Source: Coriobacteriia bacterium (lineage in GTDB: Bacteria > Actinomycetota > Coriobacteriia > WRKU01). From it: a stretch of DNA of 64,000 nt. Within the stretch, counting starts at the first letter, position 1. Each line of letters begins with the position of its first letter. This document shows, one piece after another, positions 27,471 through 36,454 of the stretch. Where the stretch lies: the NCBI GenBank assembly GCA_009777935.1, contig WRKU01000005.1:4102-68101 (forward strand). The letters run 5' to 3'. Made by a program: the position numbers and the translations under genes. The notes beneath the pieces were generated by a model. It did not search any database and was not told where the DNA came from. It saw nothing but the letters and a program-made list of their open reading frames with translations.

Positions 27471-28235
27471 ATGATGCTCCTCGGCGAAAAAAAGTGTGTA
27501 CCGTATCTCTTCGATGCCGTTCACCCAACGGTTCTGTTTGGCTCCTTTGCGGCGGTCATCGTCCTCACTATGGCGACGATGAACCTGCTCCTCTTGCTCG
27601 TCTCCTTTGCAGGGGCACTCGCACTGAGCGTATGGGTGCGCGGGTGGCGCGCCACCGGTACGACACTGGTCTGGCAGATTCCGCTCGTCGTACTTTGCGC
27701 TGTCATTAACCCTCTGTTCGCCTCGACCGGATCCATCGAACTCTTTCGTATTGGTACGAAGGCAATATATCTTGAAAGCGTGGTGACAGGTGCGGCGACG
27801 GGGCTTATGCTCGTCTCAATCATGCTGTGGTTCTCTCTTGCGAGCCAGATACTCACCTCAGATAAGATACTAACGATTATCGGAAAACGAATGCCTACCA
27901 TGGGGCTGATAATTTCCATGACGCTGCGTCTCGTCCCCCGGCTCGTCGAGCGCGGCAGGCATATCGACAGTGCGGTGCGGGCTACCACTGTGATAACACC
28001 GCGCACCATCATCGAGCGAATCGCCGCACGGCTACGTATTGTTTCGGTCCTCATGGGATGGAGTATGGAGGACTCGCTTGAGACGGCCGACGCTATGCGC
28101 GCGCGCGGATGGGGCGCTGTACCGTACCGAACGAGCTATCGGCCCTATCGATTTCGTATATTCGATGCGGCAATCGGTATCGCCATACTGGCCATACTCA
28201 TCACACTCGTTGTTCTGATAAGAGGGATATCGTGA
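27471..28235 (+). CDS. ecfT: ECF transporter transmembrane (T) component, CbiQ/EcfT family
   Basis: Polytopic protein with the C-terminal coupling motif (LETADAMRARGW). The start is uncertain because there is no clear RBS. Confidence 0.8.
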   Translation: MMLLGEKKCVPYLFDAVHPTVLFGSFAAVIVLTMATMNLLLLLVSFAGALALSVWVRGWRATGTTLVWQIPLVVLCAVINPLFASTGSIELFRIGTKAIYLESVVTGAATGLMLVSIMLWFSLASQILTSDKILTIIGKRMPTMGLIISMTLRLVPRLVERGRHIDSAVRATTVITPRTIIERIAARLRIVSVLMGWSMEDSLETADAMRARGWGAVPYRTSYRPYRFRIFDAAIGIAILAILITLVVLIRGIS

Positions 28236-28948
28236 GCACATCAAATATCTCGTATACAGCGGCGCCAATCGCACTCCGCTTTGTCGACTTCAGTTTCTCC
28301 TATCCGGAAAACGCTGCATTATTCTCTGATGTTTCGTTTACCCTCGCATCCGGCTCGTTCACCGTCCTGATTGGGGCGACCGGAAGTGGCAAGACGACGC
28401 TTCTGCGCTCGTGCAAGCCAGAACTAGCACCCGCCGGGAACCATACCGGAACAATCGAAGTCTTTGGGCGCGCCTGTGCTGATTTTGATACCGCCACATC
28501 GGCAACGTTGATTGGCTACGTCTCGCAAAGTCCTGAAAACCAAATCGTGTGCGATACCGTATGGGCTGAACTCGCCTTCGGTCTGGAGAATCTTGGTGTC
28601 GCACCCGATGCTATGCGCCGTCGCATCGCTGAAGTGGCATACTTTTTCGGTATCGAATCGTTGATGCATACACCGACGGCTCAACTTTCAGGAGGACAGA
28701 AACAGGTGCTGACGCTCGCCAGTGTGCTTGTGATGCAGCCACGGCTTTTGCTACTCGACGAGCCAACGGCGCAGCTCGATCCTATCGCCGAGAAAAACTT
28801 CCTGCATGCGCTCTTCCGCATCAATCGTGAGCTCAACATTACCATCCTTGTGGCGACTCACTCCCCCGGAGCGATGGCTGACTACGCAACCGGCATGTTA
28901 CGTCTGGAAGGAGGATGCCTTGAGCATGAGCACCTTGATGTCAAATAA
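28232..28948 (+). CDS. ecfA: ECF transporter ATPase component A
   Basis: Walker A GATGSGKTT, signature LSGGQKQ, Walker B LLLLDEPT. The GTG overlaps the ecfT stop (GTGA). Confidence 0.88.
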   Translation: MSTSNISYTAAPIALRFVDFSFSYPENAALFSDVSFTLASGSFTVLIGATGSGKTTLLRSCKPELAPAGNHTGTIEVFGRACADFDTATSATLIGYVSQSPENQIVCDTVWAELAFGLENLGVAPDAMRRRIAEVAYFFGIESLMHTPTAQLSGGQKQVLTLASVLVMQPRLLLLDEPTAQLDPIAEKNFLHALFRINRELNITILVATHSPGAMADYATGMLRLEGGCLEHEHLDVK

Positions 28949-29615
28949 ACGACCATCCTGTGTCGTCTCTTTGCGCGACGTCTGGGTGCGCTATGGCTCC
29001 GATGAGCCTTGGATACTGCGTGGTACCGATCTTGACGTAACACCTGCCACTATTCATGCTATCATCGGTGGAAACGGTTCGGGAAAGTCAACTCTCCTTC
29101 ATGCGATTGCCGGCACACTCAAGACGCAACGAGGCAAGATTGAAAACCGCCTTGCGTCGACACAGGCACTCTTACCACAAAGTCCAAAGGCCTTGTTCGT
29201 GTGCGATACGGTCAGGGAAGAATTGCAAGAATGGCAACGGCGATGTGGTTACCATGACAGCGAAGTCGCTGACATGACGGCACGCTTTAATCTTGGAACA
29301 CTAGGGGAACGTCATCCCTACGATCTGAGCGGAGGCCAGCAGCAAAAACTTGCGCTGGCAAAACTTCTCCTTACGCAACCAACCTTACTCTTGCTCGATG
29401 AGCCCACGAAAGGACTCGATGCCGCCTCCAAAGAAGACCTTGCGCGTACGTTACTGATTCTCCGGGAAGTGAAGGTGACGATGGTTCTTGTCACCCATGA
29501 CCTTCCCTTCGTCTCCACCGTTGCCGACACCGCGACGATGCTCTTTGATGGACAGGCGGTCTGCACAGAGCCAACGGCGGACTTTTTTGCCCATAACATC
29601 TTCTATCGGTTCTGA
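28926..29615 (+). CDS. ECF transporter ATPase component A'
   Basis: Walker A GGNGSGKST, signature LSGGQQQK, Walker B LLLLDEPT. It overlaps the preceding ATPase gene. Confidence 0.88.
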   Translation: MSTLMSNKRPSCVVSLRDVWVRYGSDEPWILRGTDLDVTPATIHAIIGGNGSGKSTLLHAIAGTLKTQRGKIENRLASTQALLPQSPKALFVCDTVREELQEWQRRCGYHDSEVADMTARFNLGTLGERHPYDLSGGQQQKLALAKLLLTQPTLLLLDEPTKGLDAASKEDLARTLLILREVKVTMVLVTHDLPFVSTVADTATMLFDGQAVCTEPTADFFAHNIFYRF

Positions 29616-29618
29616 GGT

Positions 29619-30311
29619 GTGACCGTGAAAAAACTCTTAACGCTCCTTGAGGTTCCTCTGCTCCTCGCCGTGCCGCTCACCCTGATTGTCTGTGCTTTCT
29701 TTCAGGTGACGCAGACGGCGTTGCTCACTCTGCTTGTTACGAGTATCGTGCTTGTATTGTTTTGTACGGGATTTGAGATGAGCCGCCCCCCTTTGCGTCA
29801 GATTATGCCGACGATTGTTCTGGCTGCTCTGGCCGCCGCCGGCCGCATATTGTTCGTGATGGTTCCTAATTTCAAGCCGGTCTCGGCGATATGCATCGTT
29901 GCGGGGGTCGTTTTTGGCCGACGTACAGGCTTTATGGTTGGCGCGTTGGCTGCGCTTATCTCAAACTTTTTCTTCGGACACGGACCCTGGACACCGTGGC
30001 AGATGTATGCGTGGGGCACCGTCGGTTATCTTGCGGGTCTCTTTGCCGAACACGAACTCTTTAAGCACACGGTTGTGCTCTATCTCTATGGATTCGTGTC
30101 GGCGTTCCTCTATGGATTGCTCCTAAATACCTGGTATATCGTTGGGTTCATACATCCGCTCACGTGGCAAAGCGCACTCATTGCTTACGGAGCTTCGTTG
30201 CCGTTCGACCTCTTACAAGGCATCGCAACCGTCATCTTCTTGCTGCTCATCTTTGCCCCTTGGCAACGAAAGCTCAAGCGTATCAAAACAAAATACGAGC
30301 TCATCGCATAG
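29619..30311 (+). CDS. ECF transporter substrate-specific (S) component, candidate cobalamin-specific (CbrT-like by context)
   Basis: About 230-aa, 6-7 TM protein with NFKPV....I.AG..FG...GF.VGAL.ALISNFFFG.GPWTPWQM.AWG. It is the last gene of the riboswitch-led ECF operon. Confidence 0.7.
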   Translation: MTVKKLLTLLEVPLLLAVPLTLIVCAFFQVTQTALLTLLVTSIVLVLFCTGFEMSRPPLRQIMPTIVLAALAAAGRILFVMVPNFKPVSAICIVAGVVFGRRTGFMVGALAALISNFFFGHGPWTPWQMYAWGTVGYLAGLFAEHELFKHTVVLYLYGFVSAFLYGLLLNTWYIVGFIHPLTWQSALIAYGASLPFDLLQGIATVIFLLLIFAPWQRKLKRIKTKYELIA

Positions 30312-30314
30312 AAC

Positions 30315-30980
30315 CTATTTCTTCCGAGATCTGCCTCGCAACGTGCGCAACGTCGGCGTATCGGGTGGTGGCGCCAGCATGAATCTTTTGGCGCGCGTCG
30401 CCAAGGCAGCACCAGTCGGTGTGGTCCACTCCCCGTCCGTAATGCGACTCGCTGATGCTTCCGGAAGATCGAATCTATCGACGATATACTGTGTCGCCGG
30501 AGTCGGCACCGAAAGCTTTCCGTGTGAACAGCGCACCGTGCCGCGTCCGAGCACCAGTGGAGACGCAAACCACTCTCGTGCACCAAGCTCCTCAAGTGCA
30601 GTAAATATCCCCATCACACGCGCCACATTTGCTATGCGGCCAATCTCGTGGAAGTGTATATCAACGATGTTCGTATCGTGTGCGACAGCCTCGGCATCGG
30701 CAATCGCAGAAAAGACGGCATGGGCTTCATAGCGCACGTATTCGCTGTCGGCACACTCATCTAAGATGCGTCGCACTTCACGATACGAACGGGTCATGGC
30801 GCCGGACGAGGTGTGATCAGGGTACTGCTCGATAACCGTTGCGACAAGCGTGTCGTTCACGACCTCGGGATACACCACTCGTAATGCATCGAGGAACTTC
30901 TCACTCGTCAAGCCATTCTCGCAATCAAGCCAGAAGAGTGGCTTGATGCCAACTGCCGTTTCGTCAACGTGGCCAACCAT
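30315..30980 (-). CDS. LarC/DUF111-family N-terminal domain-only protein (degenerate)
   Basis: HFHEIG, SPLVLGRGTVRCSHGKLSVPTPAT and TPTGAAL match the LarC N-domain. The N-terminal SGISGDM motif is replaced (NGLTSEKF) and the C-terminal domain is absent. Confidence 0.6.
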   Translation of the reverse strand: MVGHVDETAVGIKPLFWLDCENGLTSEKFLDALRVVYPEVVNDTLVATVIEQYPDHTSSGAMTRSYREVRRILDECADSEYVRYEAHAVFSAIADAEAVAHDTNIVDIHFHEIGRIANVARVMGIFTALEELGAREWFASPLVLGRGTVRCSHGKLSVPTPATQYIVDRFDLPEASASRITDGEWTTPTGAALATRAKRFMLAPPPDTPTLRTLRGRSRKK

Positions 30981-30985
30981 GACCG

Positions 30986-31789
30986 TTAGAAATCCTTACG
31001 CGCCATAAGAGCGTACGCACATACGAGCGTTATCAATGCAATGCCACAGCCAAAGGCAGTATAGCCCACGTTGAGCGAGCCATTGGCAATAACTTCGGCC
31101 GGATTGAAGTACTTGAACGGCGCAAAGATACGAATGATATCGGTGCCCTTCGTTGCGATGTCATAGAAAATACCCGCGAGATAGGTGGCGAGCAACATAA
31201 TATAGGCGATAAGTCCCCCGTGCTTAGCGGTGACGGCGCCGGTCCACGCGGCGATCGCGTAGTAGATAAGCGCAACGGGAATGAGCGCAATGCTCAGAAG
31301 TAATACCTCGGTCTGGACATCGTTATGTGCGTTCGAGAGCGCAATCCCCCCGATGGTGAAGCCGTAACTTGCCGCCGCAAAAGCAACGATGTAGACAAGA
31401 TGTGCAGCGGTTTTGTAGAGCAAAATCGAGGTGCGTGACTTGGGTTTAGCGTAGACGAAATCGGTGTTCTTTTCGCTGACCTCGAGCGTCGTGAGGCGTA
31501 CGCCAAGACCAATCGCATAGACCGCGATGACGAGCGCCGCGTACATCCACATCATGCCAAAATAACCCGAAAGCGTGGTAATATCCAGACCGACCCCACC
31601 AAACATGGCCATTACGGCCTTCGGCCAGCTGGCAAAGAGCGCGTTGATTGCTTGAGGATCGGCTGCCATAGCACTGAACTTTTCCATGCCGGCGAACATC
31701 AAGAACCCGAGTCCAATCATCCAAAAGATGAACGCCTTCAGGCCTTGCTTGAGCTCTTCGAAGAAAATCGCCATAGTACTCTCCCCCAA
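30986..31789 (-). CDS. ABC-2 family transporter permease
   Basis: 267-aa, about 6-TM protein paralogous in layout to the upstream permease, in an operon with an ABC ATPase. Confidence 0.7.
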   Translation of the reverse strand: MGESTMAIFFEELKQGLKAFIFWMIGLGFLMFAGMEKFSAMAADPQAINALFASWPKAVMAMFGGVGLDITTLSGYFGMMWMYAALVIAVYAIGLGVRLTTLEVSEKNTDFVYAKPKSRTSILLYKTAAHLVYIVAFAAASYGFTIGGIALSNAHNDVQTEVLLLSIALIPVALIYYAIAAWTGAVTAKHGGLIAYIMLLATYLAGIFYDIATKGTDIIRIFAPFKYFNPAEVIANGSLNVGYTAFGCGIALITLVCAYALMARKDF

Positions 31790-31798
31790 GACTCTCGT

Positions 31799-32596
31799 TT
31801 ACGTGCTCTCGACGTCTTTGCGCACATACCAGATCATCGATACCGCCAGCGGCACCACAATGACGGCGACGCACAGACCCAACCACGGCCAGTCATAACG
31901 CGAATGAGCCATGATAAAATCTGAGCTCAAATACTGAAACGGCGCGACAAAACGCACCACATCATCCTTGATAATCCCGTAGAGCATACCGGTGATAAAG
32001 AGACCGAATCCTACCCCGCTCGCAATCCCCGAGGGAACCCGTACCTTAGGTGCAAGGGTACCGATTGCCGCACCGATTGAGAACATCATAAACTGGATAA
32101 TGACCAAGTTGAGAGCGAGCAAAACATAGACGGTGTAGCTCGCCCCCGTGTGATCGAGTACATGATACATGAGGAGCAGAAAGCCGACAAAGACGATGTT
32201 TATCCCCACGAGCGCCAACCATCCCGCTGCAAGTTTCTGAAGGTACATGTTCATGCGGCTCTCGGGCTTGGCGAGCAAAAAGTCGCTCGTCTTTGCGATC
32301 TTTTCGCGCGCAAAGATAGAGACTCCGAAGTAACACGCCATAATCGCCGAAGCGAGCATCACATACATCGAATAGAATGCAAAGAAGCCATTGAGCGTAA
32401 ACATCGAGGCAACATCCATGTTGAGGGCTTCACGCATCTGCTCCGGAAAACTGTTAAGGAGCTGAGTGAACTGGTCGGAAGCCGACTGAAACGTAGGAAA
32501 GAGGAGCGAGAAGCACCAGAATATAGCGCAAAGCACCACCGTCCAGACGATCGACGGGATTAAGAGTCGCCGTGCTTCAAACTTGAAGACGCTCAT
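31799..32596 (-). CDS. ABC-2 family transporter permease
   Basis: 265-aa, about 6-TM protein with a 4-nt overlap with the ATPase gene. Confidence 0.7.
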   Translation of the reverse strand: MSVFKFEARRLLIPSIVWTVVLCAIFWCFSLLFPTFQSASDQFTQLLNSFPEQMREALNMDVASMFTLNGFFAFYSMYVMLASAIMACYFGVSIFAREKIAKTSDFLLAKPESRMNMYLQKLAAGWLALVGINIVFVGFLLLMYHVLDHTGASYTVYVLLALNLVIIQFMMFSIGAAIGTLAPKVRVPSGIASGVGFGLFITGMLYGIIKDDVVRFVAPFQYLSSDFIMAHSRYDWPWLGLCVAVIVVPLAVSMIWYVRKDVEST

Positions 32597-33534
32597 GCTG
32601 CGACCTTCTTATGTGATGCGGGAGCCGCCGACACGTTGTCTGTAGCGTTCGGCCCGTCGCTACGGTAGTAGTGCATAAAGACCTCTTCAAGGTCGGGTTC
32701 GGCGATATGGACATCGATCGCTGCTGAGGCCGCAATCGCCGTCACGAGTAGATGAATATCGCCACGATAGATGCAGTTAAACGTATTGTCGTGTACCTCG
32801 ACCCCATCGCTTCCGGCAAGCGTAAAGGCCTTCGCCTCCTCGGGCGTCTTGAAGGTAAGTATCACCTTTTTGTACGACTCTTTTTGCATCTCGGCCATCG
32901 TCTCGGTTTTGATGATGTTGCCATCCTTAATGATAGCGATACGCGAGGCCATTTTTTGTACCTCACTCAAAATATGCGAACTAAAGAGCACCGTCGCACC
33001 TGCCTGATTTTGTTCACGAATAATCTGGAAGAACGTCTGTTGCATCAAGGGGTCGAGGCCGCCGGTCGGCTCATCGAGGATAATGAGCTTGGGTGAATGA
33101 AGGAGTCCCTGGATAATACCGACCTTCTTACGATTTCCGTAGCTGAGATCATCGATCTTCTTATGGAGATCGAGGTCGAGCCTGTCGGCTAGCTCCTTAA
33201 TGCGCGGCTTGGCATCAACGCGATAGAACGACGCACTGTAGGTAAGGAGGTCGATAGCACGCATGCCGTCGTAATAAAAAACCTCACTGGGGAGGTAGCC
33301 GACATCTTTAAGTATTTTGACCTTATCCTTGACGACATCGAGCCCAAAGATCATGGCCGAACCGCTCGTAGGAAAGATGAGATTGAGTAACGTGCGAATC
33401 GTGGTGGACTTGCCCGCTCCGTTCGGGCCGATGAAGCCGAATATTTCGCCTTCTTCTACCGCAAGGTTGAGGTTTTCGATACCACGCGTCTTGCCATAGT
33501 ACTTGGTGAGATCCTTCGTTTCGATGACCGCCAT
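32593..33534 (-). CDS. ABC transporter ATP-binding protein (ABC-2/DrrA-like exporter type)
   Basis: Walker A GPNGAGKST, signature LSYGNRKK, Walker B LIILDEPT. ATG 33534 follows a GAGGGAAGG RBS. Confidence 0.88.
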   Translation of the reverse strand: MAVIETKDLTKYYGKTRGIENLNLAVEEGEIFGFIGPNGAGKSTTIRTLLNLIFPTSGSAMIFGLDVVKDKVKILKDVGYLPSEVFYYDGMRAIDLLTYSASFYRVDAKPRIKELADRLDLDLHKKIDDLSYGNRKKVGIIQGLLHSPKLIILDEPTGGLDPLMQQTFFQIIREQNQAGATVLFSSHILSEVQKMASRIAIIKDGNIIKTETMAEMQKESYKKVILTFKTPEEAKAFTLAGSDGVEVHDNTFNCIYRGDIHLLVTAIAASAAIDVHIAEPDLEEVFMHYYRSDGPNATDNVSAAPASHKKVAA

Positions 33535-33568
33535 AACGCCACCTTCCCTCTCGTAGGAATCATTCCCT

Positions 33569-33597
33569 ATAGTACCCCTATTTCGCTCACATGGCAA
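33569..33597 (-). promoter_or_regulatory. Putative promoter of the ABC-2/LarC-like operon
   Basis: On the minus strand: TTGCCA (33597-33592), 17 nt spacer, TACTAT (33574-33569), in the gap after coaBC. Confidence 0.4.
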
Positions 33598-33628
33598 AGT
33601 ATCACAAAAAGATTGGTCCCTTTTGACA

Positions 33629-34858
33629 TCATGAGACGATATCGAGAATACGGCGGGCAATAACGCGTTTGGGTGCGCGCGAAAGAGTGATGTCATCGGC
33701 AGCGTCGGTACCGGTCAGAACGGTCACTTCGTTGTCAGAGGAACCGAAGCCAATATCACTGCGTGAGACATCGTTGACGACGAGATAATCGACGTGCTTG
33801 GCATCATATTTGGTGCGCGCATTCTTAAGCACATCGTCAGTCTCAGCCGCGAAACCAACGAGCGTAGCGTCAAGGGTACCCGCAGCCCTACGCGTGCCGA
33901 GCTCGGCGAGGATATCCTGAGTCGGCTCGAGTTCGATAGTGAAAGGTGTGTTCGTCTCGGTCTTTTTACGTTTGCGTGTCGCCGGAGGTGTTACCGGTCG
34001 CCAATCGGCGACGGCCGCAGCACAGATGATGAGGTCGGGCTTCACCTCAGAATCGGCCTCAGAATCGACGGCCTTGAGCATTGCATCGTACATATCCGCG
34101 GCCGTCGTCACCGTGATGACCTGCGCATGTTCGGGCGGGCGCAATGCCGTCTGTCCACTCACGAGGGTGACCTCAGCGCCACGCGTCAACGCTTCAGACG
34201 CAAGCGCATAGCCCATCTTTCCACTCGAGTAATTCGTGAGTGCACGGACGGCATCGATGGGCTCGTATGTTGGCCCGGCCGTTATCAGCACATGCTTGCC
34301 GCTAAGCGAACCTGCTCGTGCCAGTTCGGCCTCGATTGCCTCGACAATCGTATCAATCTCAGCGAGACGACCGGTGCCCTCCGTACCACAGGCAAGGTAG
34401 CCGGTGCCGGGCTCGACGATAACAACACCACGCGCGCGCAACGTCTCAAGGTTCTCACGCACGGTCCCGTCATGCCACATCGCATCATTCATCGCAGGCG
34501 CCACCACGAGCGGCCCGCGACGCGCTCCCTGATAGGCAAGAGTGGTCGTCGTCAGAAGATCGTCGGCAACGCCGTGGGCAATCTTTGCGATGACGTTCGC
34601 CGTTGCCGGTGCGATGACGAACAGATCAGGTTCGTCGCTCAGCGAGATATGATGAATGGGCGCTGCGGGATCGACGAACAGGTCGCGTGCAACTTCGTGT
34701 CCCGTAAGAGCACGAAACGTCGCGGCCCCGACAAGCTCGGTGGCATGCTCGGTCATGACAACCTTGACATCAAGATTACGCTTTTGAAGTGCGCGTACCA
34801 CATCACAGCTCTTGTATGCCGCAATCGAGCCGGTTACTCCCAGTAGTATTTTTTTCAT
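33629..34858 (-). CDS. coaBC: Bifunctional phosphopantothenoylcysteine decarboxylase / phosphopantothenate--cysteine ligase
   Basis: Flavoprotein N-domain (ILLGVTGSIAAYK) and CoaB domain (ITAGPT.E.ID.VR...N.SSGKMG). ATG 34858 forms an ATGA overlap with the thiI stop. Confidence 0.93.
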   Translation of the reverse strand: MKKILLGVTGSIAAYKSCDVVRALQKRNLDVKVVMTEHATELVGAATFRALTGHEVARDLFVDPAAPIHHISLSDEPDLFVIAPATANVIAKIAHGVADDLLTTTTLAYQGARRGPLVVAPAMNDAMWHDGTVRENLETLRARGVVIVEPGTGYLACGTEGTGRLAEIDTIVEAIEAELARAGSLSGKHVLITAGPTYEPIDAVRALTNYSSGKMGYALASEALTRGAEVTLVSGQTALRPPEHAQVITVTTAADMYDAMLKAVDSEADSEVKPDLIICAAAVADWRPVTPPATRKRKKTETNTPFTIELEPTQDILAELGTRRAAGTLDATLVGFAAETDDVLKNARTKYDAKHVDYLVVNDVSRSDIGFGSSDNEVTVLTGTDAADDITLSRAPKRVIARRILDIVS

Positions 34859-36033
34859 CGATTGCATCTATAGGTCCGCTCCGTCATTGCATCGAACGCC
34901 TGCTCTACCAGTAGATCGATGTCGAGCATCGCGCACGCTTCCTCCATACGTTCGAGTGTAACACGCGTTTCAGGTTGACGGGGCATAAAGAGCGTACAGC
35001 AGTCCTCGGCTGCGCGTGACGACAGATCGAACGTGCCGATGCGCTGAGCATCGCTCACAATGTCATGCTTATCATCGCCGATGAGTGGACGAAATATCGG
35101 CAGCTCGATACCGTGGGAGGTCGCAACAATGTTTTCGAGCGTCTGTGAAGCCACCTGTCCGAGCGACTCGCCGGTCACCAATGCCGCAGCTCGTTCGCGC
35201 ATCGCAAGTGCAGCCGCAACCTTCAGCATCACACGCCGATAGACGAGCACGCATAGACCAGGATAGACGGTCGAGGCGATCTCACGCTGAATATCGCCGA
35301 ACGCAACGGCATAGATAGTTGCAAGCCCTCCGGTATGTTCGAGCACCTCACCAATCTCATGTACGAGGCGTATCGAGGCATCGGTGAGCACCGGTGCGCC
35401 AGAGAAGTGTAGACCAATACAAACAGCACCACGTCGCATCATGCGCCAGGTGGCAACGGGGCTGTCGATGCCGGTCGACAGAAGCGAGATGAGTCGCCCG
35501 CTTGAGCCGACGGGCAGACCGCCAGCCCCGGCAATCTTTTCAGCTGAGATGTAGGTCTTTCCCCCCACGACCGTCACGCGAATTTCTAGGTCAGGCTGGG
35601 TCAGGTTGACCTTGAGGCCGGTCTGCAGTACGACCGCGCTTCCGAGCCGCTCGTTAAGTTCCCGGCTCGTGAGCGCAAAGTCTGTATTAGAGCGCTTAGC
35701 CGTGATACGAAAAGTCTGGGCATTAGTTGCTTGAATAGCGGTTCGAGCCACGGCAACGACACGGGCCGTAATCTCATCGAAGCTGCGCCCGACAACATCT
35801 GCAACAGAGACACTCGCCACGCCCGGCACCTGCGCAATACGCTGTGCCAGTGCTGGTATGTCCACCCCTTCCGGAGCTTCACATATGAGTCGTCCCGATA
35901 TCTTGCGCACCTTCGTCCGGTCATCGTCGACGACAAAACGTACGTTTTCGACGAGGCGCTGGACAAAGACCGAACGGTTTTTGCCTTTGAGCCCTAATTC
36001 ATGATATGAGATGAAGCAGACGCGTGAGTACAT
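34855..36033 (-). CDS. thiI: tRNA 4-thiouridine(8) synthase ThiI (no rhodanese domain)
   Basis: The N-terminus aligns with ThiI (Y.ELGLKGKNR). THUMP region and PP-loop LLSTGIDSPVA. An alternative upstream start is at 36069. Confidence 0.85.
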   Translation of the reverse strand: MYSRVCFISYHELGLKGKNRSVFVQRLVENVRFVVDDDRTKVRKISGRLICEAPEGVDIPALAQRIAQVPGVASVSVADVVGRSFDEITARVVAVARTAIQATNAQTFRITAKRSNTDFALTSRELNERLGSAVVLQTGLKVNLTQPDLEIRVTVVGGKTYISAEKIAGAGGLPVGSSGRLISLLSTGIDSPVATWRMMRRGAVCIGLHFSGAPVLTDASIRLVHEIGEVLEHTGGLATIYAVAFGDIQREIASTVYPGLCVLVYRRVMLKVAAALAMRERAAALVTGESLGQVASQTLENIVATSHGIELPIFRPLIGDDKHDIVSDAQRIGTFDLSSRAAEDCCTLFMPRQPETRVTLERMEEACAMLDIDLLVEQAFDAMTERTYRCNR

Positions 36034-36082
36034 AGTGCGCCTTAGGTGTTGTTTTTCTTGTGCGCGCATGACTCCCTACGGT

Positions 36083-36355
36083 CTACGCTGCACCTTCGCC
36101 TATGCTCGCCGACACGGGTACCGTCGAGGTCGTTGTCACATCACCCTTGGCGATCTCCTCCATTGCCAGAGAGAGCGGCTTAGCGCTTTGCAGCTTCGCA
36201 ATCTCACTGTACGCCATCGCATCAAGCGCCTGAGAGCGAGCACCGTGAATCATATCGTTGATCTGCCGTGCGCGCTTGGCAGCCAACGTGCAGAGTGTAA
36301 ATTTTGAATCGACCCGCTTCATAATCACGTCGATCTCAGGCTGTACTACTGACAT
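36083..36355 (-). CDS. rpoZ: DNA-directed RNA polymerase subunit omega
   Basis: 90 aa. VDSKF.L...AAKRARQIN motif. Confidence 0.9.
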   Translation of the reverse strand: MSVVQPEIDVIMKRVDSKFTLCTLAAKRARQINDMIHGARSQALDAMAYSEIAKLQSAKPLSLAMEEIAKGDVTTTSTVPVSASIGEGAA

Positions 36356-36454
36356 CGTGTTCCTTTCACTATTGCAGTCACCCGTTCGACCGCGTTTTCG
36401 AGAGTATTATCCCGATATGACAAAAAGACGCCTCGGTGCTGGCGAAGACGATAC

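Noticed and set aside
33794-34846. 350-aa ORF antisense to coaBC
   Set aside because: Arg-rich, low-information translation opposite a confidently identified gene; a shadow ORF.
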